From the NCBI GenBank assembly GCA_001781415.1, contig MFLT01000012.1, positions 6,485 to 70,484 on the forward strand: a stretch of 64,000 nucleotides of DNA. The letters are read 5' to 3'. The notes under the pieces were generated by a model. It saw only the letters and a list, made by a program, of their open reading frames with translations, ran no database searches and was not told the DNA's origin. Below are positions 28,340 to 36,695 of the stretch, one piece after another. The DNA comes from Candidatus Kaiserbacteria bacterium RIFCSPLOWO2_01_FULL_45_25 (GTDB taxonomy: Bacteria > Patescibacteriota > Minisyncoccia > Phycocordibacterales > UBA918). Both the position numbers and the translations under genes were made by a program. The stretch's first letter is position 1; the number at the start of each line of letters is the position of its first letter.

Positions 28340-29056
28340 TTAGTTACGAGTAACACGAGTGATGTTTCGGTTGAGCACATTAGTGATTAGGCCGTCTGAC
28401 TGACTAACGCCAGTTTGAACATTGCCAGCGGCAGCACCGCTTCCACCAGTGCCACCATTTCCACCAACGGCGGTGTTATCACCCATATTGAGCCACCACC
28501 AGAAACTAAAAGCAGCATCCGCGTCGGCGTCACCGCCATTACCTCCCTCTTCACCGTCACCGCCATCACTGTCGTTGCCGCCAGTGCGAGCTCTGACTTG
28601 AAGTTCGTTTTCTAGATTGGCTTCATTATTGTTGGTTACGTCAACATCGTCTGATCCACCAAAGAAGAATGGGAAGTCAAAATCATCATCGCATCCGCAT
28701 CCCTCGACTTCGGTCTCGTTACGATTGATGTCATTATCAATGGTACCAATTGCTAGAGCACCGCCAGTGCTGATATTGCCTCCGGTGCCACCACTACCGC
28801 CGTTGCCTCCATCTCCACCAGTAGCGTCACCATCTTCAGAATCAGCTTCTCCACCATTACCACCCTCTTCACCGTCGCCACCATCGCTGTCGTTGCCGCC
28901 AGTGCTGGCACCAACAGAAAGTGAGTTTGATACGGTGGCGCTGTTAGAGTTGTTTACCGTCACATCATCAGCGTATGCAAATGAAGCAAATGAAAGTGCA
29001 ATCATCGCAACTGTAGCTATGCTAGAAATAGATAGTACTTGAATTATTTTAGTCAT
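28340..29056 (-). CDS. Secreted Gly/Asn/Asp-rich two-repeat protein
   Basis: Signal peptide (AYA); two copies of N.A.(V/L).N.L.V.A.TGGNDSDGGDGEEGGNGG...TG.......I.N..NRN.T.V. Confidence 0.75.
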   Translation of the reverse strand: MTKIIQVLSISSIATVAMIALSFASFAYADDVTVNNSNSATVSNSLSVGASTGGNDSDGGDGEEGGNGGEADSEDGDATGGDGGNGGSGGTGGNISTGGALAIGTIDNDINRNETEVEGCGCDDDFDFPFFFGGSDDVDVTNNNEANLENELQVRARTGGNDSDGGDGEEGGNGGDADADAAFSFWWWLNMGDNTAVGGNGGTGGSGAAAGNVQTGVSQSDGLITNVLNRNITRVTRN

Positions 29057-29159
29057 AAAATTTTCTTGATTAATAATCAGTTAATTTGTAATGAATTAAA
29101 TAAGTGTTTGCTGCATACTAAGCGGCAGTAATACACCTGTGCGGGATGATGCACGTAAC

Positions 29160-29197
29160 CCACACAGAGAAGTGTTGTACTCAACTTCTCTGTGTGG
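29160..29197. repeat. Perfect 14-bp hairpin in the leader of 28340..29056
   Basis: CCACACAGAGAAGT/ACTTCTCTGTGTGG, no U-tract. Confidence 0.7.
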
Positions 29198-29219
29198 ACT
29201 ATCGCACACAGAGAGCATT

Positions 29220-29921
29220 TTATTTAGCAAAGCGAGAATGAATTGGGATGAAGTTGCGAGCAGTTGGAAGATTGTAGACTTGTCGCACAAAACGGTGACT
29301 TGATTCAGAAAGTAGTGAAACCACTTCTTGATCAGAAATTTCTGAATAGTCCATATAGTAGCTAGCAGTTGTACCACGGTACTCACGGTCATCATTAACC
29401 ACGACTACACTATCAACTAGGGCGGTAAGTTCCCTAGCAATGTCATGAGGCGCTACTGGACTTGCTACCACTATCTTGTCTGGCCATTGCTCCTGCAGAG
29501 CTTGAATAGCTGCCTTCATAGTAATACCAGTTGCAATACCGTCATCAACAATAATGGCAATTTTATTTTCAGCTGAGAGAGACGGTTCATTTTTTTTATA
29601 AACTTCACGGCGTCGCTGCGCTTCTACTTGCTTAAGATACATTTCGTAGTTCAACCAGCTACCATCAAGCCCACATAGTCCACTTTCATAACAAACAGTC
29701 TCTCCAGTCTCGGCGATGGCACAAATTCCATAATCTTGACTCATTGGATGACAAATTTTTTGGACAATCAAAATATCTAGCGGTAATCCAAGCGCTTTAG
29801 CTACTTCAAAACCTACTGGCACTCCACCCTTTGGCAAAGCAAATAGAACCGCATTTTCTCCTCTATATTGATTTAATTTTTGAGCCAGTCTTGCACCGGC
29901 AGCGCGTCTATCGAAGAACAT
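29220..29921 (-). CDS. Phosphoribosyltransferase-family protein
   Basis: FFDRRAAG..LA, ALPKGGVPVG, IIVDDGIATGITM. Confidence 0.88.
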   Translation of the reverse strand: MFFDRRAAGARLAQKLNQYRGENAVLFALPKGGVPVGFEVAKALGLPLDILIVQKICHPMSQDYGICAIAETGETVCYESGLCGLDGSWLNYEMYLKQVEAQRRREVYKKNEPSLSAENKIAIIVDDGIATGITMKAAIQALQEQWPDKIVVASPVAPHDIARELTALVDSVVVVNDDREYRGTTASYYMDYSEISDQEVVSLLSESSHRFVRQVYNLPTARNFIPIHSRFAK

Positions 29922-30491
29922 ATATTTTAGAAATTAAGATGTTATTAAAACTTCAAATAAAAACGATTACTGTCACTGTCTTTTTTATTTAACTATTTCT
30001 TGTCCTTCTTTCCTTCTTCTACTACAGGTGGCAGTAGAATTCAGAAATCACTCTACGCGCTTTTTAGGACTCTTGTATTTTGCATCAATCGTATGAAAAC
30101 TTGGTGAAGAGTATGATCATACGGTCGGTATATAATATGTATTCAAAGCTCTAACTCACAATCCTGGAGGATGAGTCTAAAGCTGTGCCTTGTCTGATTA
30201 GTGAAGCAATTGCGCGACTGGTATCTTTTGTAACAGTCATACGTCGTGACTCTGCACAATGCCAATGGTGAGAGCATACGGTGCGCTTTGCAAAGAACAG
30301 TCTGTTTAGAATTTTGCCAGTAAAGTTAACTAAGCAGTAGTTTCCAGCTGTCATTAAATTTTTAAAACAATACTTTTTATTTTGTGTCAACAACTATACT
30401 CAAATAGCACTTATTTATAAGTTCAGAATTGCGTGTGAGAATTTTAAAATTGTATTAACTAGAATGTGAGCGACAACAAAAATGTTGTGGC

Positions 30492-31226
30492 TTATGCGTT
30501 AGCATCATCCCAGAGTCGTTTAAAAAATAAAGTTGAAGATTCTGCCAAACCGTTATCTTCGAAAATAATTCCGATTGATTCTTTTGGGCTAAGTAAAATT
30601 AAGGCTACGTGGTCATCAAACATTATGTATACAACTCGATGCAAACGCTCGTCTTCATAGACACGAATACGATGCTGTGTACCATGTACAATGTCCTTAA
30701 GGACATTCACAAAGTCACAGTCACTAGTTAGTAGTTGAGTTGGTACTTCTCTAGCAAATAATGCATGAAAAAAGTCCTCTACCATGGTGTCATCCAGGTA
30801 TTGGGACATGTGCAACACTGATCCCATTATTTGAACTGGGTATTTAGAATTTAATACCTCATCAAAAATATGTTGCACATTAGTAAGTCCAGTAAAATAT
30901 CTGAAAAGCGGTTTTAGTTTAGATTCGTGCTTTAGCGCCTGCAGTTCCGGCAGTAGTTTGTGCAACAATACTTCTTTCTCTTGCAAATTAATTAGAAAAC
31001 GACTAGGGCTTTCAGCTAACCAAACTGAACCTTGTGGCTTAACGCAATGACTTAGCAAGCCTTTCTTTTGTAATGCTTCAACGACTAATTGTGTAGTTGA
31101 GCGCGGTAAATCAGCCGCACGAGACATATCACTAACTGTACCCTCCCCTAATCTTAGAAGAGTTAAATATACCTTTATCTCATTATGCGGATACCCAAGC
31201 TGCTCTAGAGCTCTTTGAATTTGCAT
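30492..31226 (-). CDS. TrmB-family transcriptional regulator
   Basis: LG....E.KVYL.LL..G..T....S....LPRST......L.KKGL HTH; effector-type C-terminal domain. Confidence 0.8.
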   Translation of the reverse strand: MQIQRALEQLGYPHNEIKVYLTLLRLGEGTVSDMSRAADLPRSTTQLVVEALQKKGLLSHCVKPQGSVWLAESPSRFLINLQEKEVLLHKLLPELQALKHESKLKPLFRYFTGLTNVQHIFDEVLNSKYPVQIMGSVLHMSQYLDDTMVEDFFHALFAREVPTQLLTSDCDFVNVLKDIVHGTQHRIRVYEDERLHRVVYIMFDDHVALILLSPKESIGIIFEDNGLAESSTLFFKRLWDDANA

Positions 31227-31240
31227 AGTAGTAAAAACAT

Positions 31241-31471
31241 CCGGCTGGCTATCCCCCAGGCTCCGCCATGGGCATAATGCCGCCGGAACCTGGTGTTTTT
31301 TCTAGCAGTAGAATCGCCGCCGGCAATACATATTTAATGTCACATTCATTCCCTCGCTTAAGCTCGGGCATTCTGTGACAAACTAGTAAACATTACTAAT
31401 CTGAGCTAATCGGTCGGTTTGTTAATAAGTCTAATCTATTAAAATTATGTACTACTGATGAAATATGTCAA
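31241..31471 (-). promoter_or_regulatory. Promoter and long structured 5' leader of the TrmB-like gene
   Basis: TTGACA-16-CATAAT at 31444-31471; hairpin 31339-31380; GC-rich multi-stem 31241-31323. Confidence 0.5.
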
Positions 31472-31484
31472 TGGGGTTTTTTCG

Positions 31485-31539
31485 AAAAGAAGAAGCCCCA
31501 CGAGTTTTGAAGTCGCGTGGACTTCCTCGTGGGGCTTTC
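31485..31539 (-). terminator. Intrinsic terminator
   Basis: AAGCCCCACGAG...CTCGTGGGGCTT. Confidence 0.7.
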
Positions 31540-31545
31540 TGTTAT

Positions 31546-31716
31546 TCAGGCTGATTTGCGCAGACTGTTGACGATCTTTTGGCGTTGGCCAGGCGGCAGG
31601 TCGTTGAATTGACCAGCCGTTCGTGCGTTGATGGTTGTCTTGCGGCGAGCATTGCGCTCACGGTCAAGCTCTTTTTCTTTCGATGAGCGGTGCTTATTGA
31701 TTCTGTGTTTACCCAT
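31546..31716 (-). CDS. Small basic protein, 56 aa
   Basis: Start at ATG 31716 (MGKHRINK) behind AGGAG; promoter TTGACT-17-TAGAAT at 31750-31778. Confidence 0.6.
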   Translation of the reverse strand: MGKHRINKHRSSKEKELDRERNARRKTTINARTAGQFNDLPPGQRQKIVNSLRKSA

Positions 31717-31789
31717 CTCTATATCTCCTATGAACAAAGAACGGCTTAGATTCTATATTGGAGTCTAGAGTAAGTCAAACAGTAATAAT

Positions 31790-32225
31790 GGTGTATAGGG
31801 AATGATCCTTGTGACTAAGTTAGTTAGTTTTGTTTACTACATAACGCAATCCATGCAAACGTAAATAGTACGGTTAACCGTACTATTTTGTTGGGTTGAG
31901 GGGAATGATCCTGACGGTCACCAACCTATATTATTTCGCATCCGCTCATAATCTAGCTGGTGCCGCCGTAAAACAGTGTCTATACACTGTTTTACCACCT
32001 CGCTCGCTCGTAAACTCGCATCGTTCCGGCGGTTCGATTCCCACGCAGGGTGCAATTTGGAATCGGTCACTCTCGTGGATATTTTGTTTCGTTCCTCACA
32101 AAATATCTCACTCGCTCGACCCCCACTCGCGGCGGCCCAGAGGGGCCCCGCCGCTTCGGTTCGATTCCCCTAGATTCGCACAACAGCAAACGACCACTAA
32201 GCAAATGCTTAGTGGTCGGCTGTTG
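31790..32225. repeat. Array of structured units with inverted tRNA T-arm copies, downstream of tRNA-Ala(GGC)
   Basis: CGGTTCGATTCCC at 32030 and 32157; GG(G)AAT left ends at ~31798, ~31900 and ~32059; internal hairpins. Confidence 0.7.
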
Positions 32226-32298
32226 TGGACTCTAGGGGAATCGAACCCCTTACCTCTTCCATGCCATGGAAGCGCTCTACCAAATGAGCTAAGAGCCC
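32226..32298 (-). tRNA. tRNA-Ala(GGC), CCA not encoded
   Basis: GGGCTCTTAGCTCATTTGGTAGAGCG-CTTCC-ATGGCAT-GGAAG-AGGT-AGGGG..TTCGATT-CCCCT-AGAGTCCA; G3:U70 pair. Confidence 0.95.
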
Positions 32299-32396
32299 GT
32301 GAGTTCGACTATTATACGGATGGAATTAAAAATGAAAAGGGTATAAAAAAGCAGCCCGTGTTTGGGGCCGCTTGTTGTACCTTGTCAGTGTCCTGC

Positions 32397-32657
32397 TTAG
32401 GACTCGGCTGCGTTGGCTCTGTTGAAATCAATTTGCAGCGCAGCCAGTAATTCCGCTTGCTCTGCCGGTGTGCTTCGCTGGTATTGCTCGAGCGCCCTCA
32501 CCAAGAGATTATGCGTCAAGCCATTAAGCAGAAGCTTGTTGGCCTCCTCTGCAGCCAGTTGCCAGCGAGCTTGTTCATCCGCTTGGCTTTGTTGCAGACG
32601 GAGGTTGTATGCCTCTGCTGCCTGCCTGAACTCGTCCAGGAAGTCTTCCACGGTCAT
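32397..32657 (-). CDS. Hypothetical helical protein
   Basis: ATGA overlap with the upstream gene; terminator at 32345-32372. Confidence 0.6.
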   Translation of the reverse strand: MTVEDFLDEFRQAAEAYNLRLQQSQADEQARWQLAAEEANKLLLNGLTHNLLVRALEQYQRSTPAEQAELLAALQIDFNRANAAES

Positions 32658-32956
32658 GATTGCACCAGAGGTAACCGAGCCTGCAAGCTGTTGAGCGTCT
32701 GCTCAACATACAGCTTCGTCGACGTGTCGACCACCTCCGCCCGGTTATTGGGCTCGTTACGGAAGTGCTCAAACAGTCGAGCCAGCTCATAGCTGGGCAT
32801 TGTCCAAGGGAGGCTGACCTTAAACGCCGCCGTCCTGGCCAATTCAACAAAGTTGTCCGTCAGGCACTTGTCTTGGCCGTTGATGGCCAGGATGTAGTGT
32901 GTAGCAGCTGCCACAAACATGTTCTTGAACTCTTTTTCAGTGAGAACTGTGGGCAT
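32654..32956 (-). CDS. Hypothetical protein
   Basis: AAGGAG SD; middle gene of a 3-gene operon. Confidence 0.6.
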   Translation of the reverse strand: MPTVLTEKEFKNMFVAAATHYILAINGQDKCLTDNFVELARTAAFKVSLPWTMPSYELARLFEHFRNEPNNRAEVVDTSTKLYVEQTLNSLQARLPLVQS

Positions 32957-33281
32957 GATTGTCTCCTTTGGTTACGGGGTGTGATAGGGTGGGCACAGCG
33001 CAGTCACGCTCGATGACCTGGCTTTTGGTAAGCCAGCCAAACATACCTGGCGACTCCTCTGTCTTTTGGCGAATGACACATCCACCAGAAATCACAAAGT
33101 AGAACTCAATGATCTCTCCGTGCGTCAGCTTGTCGAAGTTAACGACCTTATAACGATGGTCGCCTTGTGGTTTCACCTGCACGATTGTGCCGGTGCTAAG
33201 GGTGTATCCTTCCGTCTTCTCCCCGCAAGCAGTGAAGACAATGGACACAAAGATCAGTACAAGAATGTCGTTAAGGTTCAC
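32937..33281 (-). CDS. Putative lipoprotein
   Basis: GGAGG SD, hydrophobic N-terminus with FTAC lipobox-like motif; promoter TTGACA-17-TTTAAT at 33321-33349. Confidence 0.55.
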   Translation of the reverse strand: MNLNDILVLIFVSIVFTACGEKTEGYTLSTGTIVQVKPQGDHRYKVVNFDKLTHGEIIEFYFVISGGCVIRQKTEESPGMFGWLTKSQVIERDCAVPTLSHPVTKGDNHAHSSH

Positions 33282-33361
33282 TTTTCCTCCAAATGATTGA
33301 TACTAACAAATCCGGCTGAAATTAAATCACTATTGTAGTATGGTGTCAATTAAGACCCTTT

Positions 33362-33473
33362 CTCCTAATGCTAATTAAAGAGACTGAAATAGGAGTATTC
33401 TCTATGTATCACTTGTGATACATAGAATTATGTATGAATAGGTGCAAAAGCTATAATTTAAACAAATTAATTA
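33362..33473 (+). repeat. Dispersed ~110-bp AT-rich repeat, copy 1
   Basis: Aligns by eye to the reverse complement of 54072-54186; core TCTATGTATCA-N4-TGATACATAGA. Confidence 0.8.
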
Positions 33474-33531
33474 ATGTTTTGGGTTTTAATGTGGTGTCAA
33501 TTTACAGTAATGATGTGTCACAAACTATTAA

Positions 33532-33570
33532 TAAAACCAGCCCAGCAATTATCAATTGCTGGGCTGGTTT
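33532..33570. terminator. Intrinsic terminator
   Basis: AAACCAGCCCAGCAATT...AATTGCTGGGCTGGTTT. Confidence 0.8.
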
Positions 33571-33588
33571 AGGAGTCGCTTCTAACTG

Positions 33589-34350
33589 TTATGACTCAAA
33601 GGTGATGCGGCGAACATCAGCGCCAGTATCGAGCATATCAGCTTGTAGGAGGGCCTTGGCTGGCTCTACAAACTGATTTGGGTCACAGACTGCTTCTGTA
33701 CCATCCAAAGCTACACAGATACTTTCAGCGTCAAAGAAAAGTGGGAGCACATGTCCAGGTGTACCATTTTCTTCGTAAATTAAGTGCCAGTTTCCGGCTG
33801 TGTACGGAGCCGGTACGCTCTTAAGGAGGAATCCACTACGCTCAAAGTCAAACTCACGCTCTGGCGGAACTTCTCCTTGTAGACATTCAATTTTAGTAAT
33901 TTGCCACAAACCATCAACGGCACTTAGAGTAGCCACTGTTTGGTATGGAGACTTTGTCTCAAATCCTCGAGCCAGTATCATAATCTGTGCTTCGGTATCT
34001 GCTTTAAAGATTTCCTTGCCACCAAGTCGTTCTGGTACAGTTAACTGACAAAAAACCGCATCCAAGTCCCCTTCGGCTTTGTTGGCTTTCTTGTCTAGAA
34101 TCATGTTCCGTACTTCGTCACTGATACGGGTTGAATTAATAAGACCAGACTGAAATGGATCAGTGGTAGTACTTTGTGATTCCGCTAGCCACTGATCAAA
34201 GAATACCATCGTTACATCAAGTGCTTCTTCCTGTGGAATTTGTGTTTCTGATACGCCGTCAGAATCTTTACTACTTTTAAATAGTGAGACAGATACAGCA
34301 ATGATAGCCAAAACTGCTCCACCGATAATTATAATTTTTTTTGTGTTCAC
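33589..34350 (-). CDS. Membrane-anchored extracytoplasmic protein
   Basis: N-terminal TM; D..FCQ...WQITKIEC (NTF2-like pattern) plus a second domain with a Cys pair. Confidence 0.6.
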   Translation of the reverse strand: MNTKKIIIIGGAVLAIIAVSVSLFKSSKDSDGVSETQIPQEEALDVTMVFFDQWLAESQSTTTDPFQSGLINSTRISDEVRNMILDKKANKAEGDLDAVFCQLTVPERLGGKEIFKADTEAQIMILARGFETKSPYQTVATLSAVDGLWQITKIECLQGEVPPEREFDFERSGFLLKSVPAPYTAGNWHLIYEENGTPGHVLPLFFDAESICVALDGTEAVCDPNQFVEPAKALLQADMLDTGADVRRITFES

Positions 34351-34455
34351 AATTGAATTTTGTACCAGTTAGAAGTAAGGAGGTACGATTTTTCTAGTAT
34401 ATCACTTAATTTAGGCAACTTATAGGCTTACATTAAGCTAAAATGTTTTGTTATG

Positions 34456-34662
34456 TTAGGCTAAGTTTTGCATTTTTACATCTATAGATTCATCAAAAAC
34501 TTCTATACAGTCAACATTGGCAGTATTCACCATCAATATTCGGCCATCCATTAAAGTCATTTTGGTAAATTCACCTTGTTTTATAGTCTCAGTAATAATT
34601 CCACTAAAAGTTCGCTTGTTTCCGTTTGAAAAATGAATAATCTGTGTAACGGTTTTACCCAT
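34456..34662 (-). CDS. Small hypothetical beta-rich protein
   Basis: Likely start MGKTVTQ. Confidence 0.55.
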   Translation of the reverse strand: MGKTVTQIIHFSNGNKRTFSGIITETIKQGEFTKMTLMDGRILMVNTANVDCIEVFDESIDVKMQNLA

Positions 34663-34839
34663 GCTGTTTATTGTTGAATGAAGATTTGGCACAGGTCGAT
34701 TGTATCATGGAATATTTTTAGAGTGAATGATTAGTGTTTTGGTGAAAATTCTTGAATATTAAGGCGGTTACAAACTAGGAGGGTTGGCGTATTCATGGTT
34801 TACTTAGAGTGGATTATTAAACAACCAGGAGAATCTGCC

Positions 34840-35289
34840 ATGATTGAATCGTTTCTTTCCTTCCTGCGAGTCTGTTCTGTGGGCACGGCAGTGCTGTCGT
34901 TTTGCCTGCTGATGTATCCGGCTGTACTCCCGTTTTGGGGGCAAGCTTTGGATATAAAGGCTGCTTACGCGCTGATCTTTAGTTTGCTCACGCTTTCTTA
35001 CACAAAGCTCGGAGAAAGGATCATGGTGGCCAGATACATGGTTGTCTACAACCGTTTTATTTCTCAAGCGCTGGTGCTGGTCGTGGTACTCATGCTGCTT
35101 ATGGTGTATACCGCCTGGTATGCATTGAGCACTCTTCAACACCCCAGTTATACCGTGAATGCTGTAGTGCTTCTTGCCTCAGCGGCCATGGCCTTAGCTT
35201 CCACCGTGGCCAGCTGCATTGCTGTGTACTACGCCATCGAGTCTTGGTACCAAGAAAGAATTTATATGAATGGGAGGACATACGAATGA
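34840..35289 (+). CDS. Four-TM hypothetical membrane protein
   Basis: AGGAG SD before ATG 34840; terminator at 35301-35325. Confidence 0.6.
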   Translation: MIESFLSFLRVCSVGTAVLSFCLLMYPAVLPFWGQALDIKAAYALIFSLLTLSYTKLGERIMVARYMVVYNRFISQALVLVVVLMLLMVYTAWYALSTLQHPSYTVNAVVLLASAAMALASTVASCIAVYYAIESWYQERIYMNGRTYE

Positions 35290-35335
35290 ATTCAACAACA
35301 AGAAACCCGCCACCTGGCGGGTTTTGATATTTATA

Positions 35336-35908
35336 TAAGATTCGGTCACCATAAAACTTTCTCCCAGAAAGTTTTATCTAAGTTTTTATTTCGTTTCACT
35401 CATAAAAATCTAAGTACTCTCGAATCTTACTTGAACAAATGAGTACCTAAACCAGAGCTCGCTCGGGTTTAGGGTGCGAATGCAGTTCAAGAATGCCTGC
35501 ATACAGATTCTGTCCACTCATTGGACCTTTTATGCGCAAGCTTGAAAAGTCCTCAATGAGTCTTGCGAAATGGGTCCCTTCCCATTTCTCACCCAACTCG
35601 CCGACAAGCACTCGCTAACGCTCGTCTTGTGTACCGGCTCCGTCTTTCGAATCTTCTCTGATCGCACAACGGCAAAGTCCGCAATACTTTCGTGGGTGGT
35701 ATTTAGTCGAAGATTCGGTCACGAGTTACTAAAGCATAATCTTTCGCAAAGCTCAGATTCTGCTAAGTACTCTCGACCCCAGCTCGCTAGTTCGCAAGCT
35801 CACAGCGCTCCGCTTTTCGAATCTTCACGAAAGGTGCATTAGCACCTTTCTTCTGGTCCACGAATAAAAAAGGCCGTCACTAGTGTGACGGACGCTTTTT
35901 TATATTCG
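35336..35908. repeat. Array of structured units with inverted tRNA T-arm copies, downstream of tRNA-Ala(TGC)
   Basis: AGATTC(G)...CGAATCTT-bounded units at 35336-35429, ~35504-35660 and 35709-35826; TCTGGTCCACGAATA at 35852-35866. Confidence 0.75.
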
Positions 35909-35981
35909 TGGACCAGAGAAGATTCGAACTCCCTGCCTCCTCAGTGCAAATGAGGCGCTCTACCAAGTGAGCTACTGGCCC
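35909..35981 (-). tRNA. tRNA-Ala(TGC), CCA not encoded
   Basis: GGGCCAGTAGCTCACTTGGTAGAGCG-CCTCA-TTTGCAC-TGAGG-AGGCA-GGGAG-TTCGAAT-CTTCT-CTGGTCCA; G3:U70 pair. Confidence 0.93.
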
Positions 35982-36031
35982 AAGAAACTAAAGGGTTTCC
36001 CCTCTAATTTCGCACTATAATACGAGTTTCC

Positions 36032-36652
36032 TTATTGTAAGTCAAGCGTTTCAGTGTTGTCGATAAGTATCCAAGGAGCTTTGGCATTAGCTGAGTAATT
36101 TGTACCAATTACCAAGCCGTCGTTGTTGAATTTTGTCGCTCTGAGGCTGTCAGCACTGATGAGTACTGGGGCACCATTTTTTACAACTGGGTAAATTGTC
36201 TCTGCTTCAATGTCATAAACAAAGCCAAGGCAAGTAGTACTGGTTACGTCTTGTCGTTCACAGAAGAAGACAAAATTGTCATCTGGTGATACTTGGTATT
36301 TAATCTCTCCAAAGTGAAAACCTTGAGTTAAATTGGCTGTGTCAACATCAAGACCTGCGACCTCTGTGTTGAATGAAAGCAAACTTACTTCATCACCTTT
36401 TGTTACCTCAAGTAGTCCGTTGTTATAGGTAACTCCTGATGAGGTTACTTCTTCAATTGGCAATATGTTTGTTGATTCCGGAGTCTTCTTTAAAGCATTG
36501 GCCACTGAAGCAGTATTTGCATCTGTTCTTGGGGTACTAATAAGAGTCGAATTATTGTTAATATTGGCTGCGTACAAAATAAAAGCGGTAGTAAAACCGA
36601 TAGCGTATGCTGTCAGCACCAGGGCTGCTCGTTCATGTCTTGTTCCTTCCAT
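36032..36652 (-). CDS. Membrane-anchored hypothetical protein
   Basis: N-terminal TM; VSPDDNFVFFC beta-propeller-like fragment. Confidence 0.6.
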   Translation of the reverse strand: MEGTRHERAALVLTAYAIGFTTAFILYAANINNNSTLISTPRTDANTASVANALKKTPESTNILPIEEVTSSGVTYNNGLLEVTKGDEVSLLSFNTEVAGLDVDTANLTQGFHFGEIKYQVSPDDNFVFFCERQDVTSTTCLGFVYDIEAETIYPVVKNGAPVLISADSLRATKFNNDGLVIGTNYSANAKAPWILIDNTETLDLQ

Positions 36653-36695
36653 ATACTGTAATTATAACTTGTAAGGCAATTTTTAAATGAAGTTC

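Noticed and set aside
31896-32450. 184-aa + strand ORF and nested ORFs; likewise 35570..35842
   Set aside because: They run through tRNA and palindromic repeat DNA and have no protein-like features
32299-35335. Intact prophage or integrative element between the two tRNA-Ala genes
   Set aside because: No integrase, phage genes or clean direct att repeat; at most a remnant
32075-35765. Hammerhead ribozyme in the TGAG...CGAAA motifs
   Set aside because: The CUGANGA core and three-stem junction are missing; the motif is a simple hairpin tip
31790-35908. CRISPR array interpretation of the tRNA-adjacent repeats
   Set aside because: The repeats are inverted, degenerate, irregularly spaced and tRNA-derived; no cas genes are present
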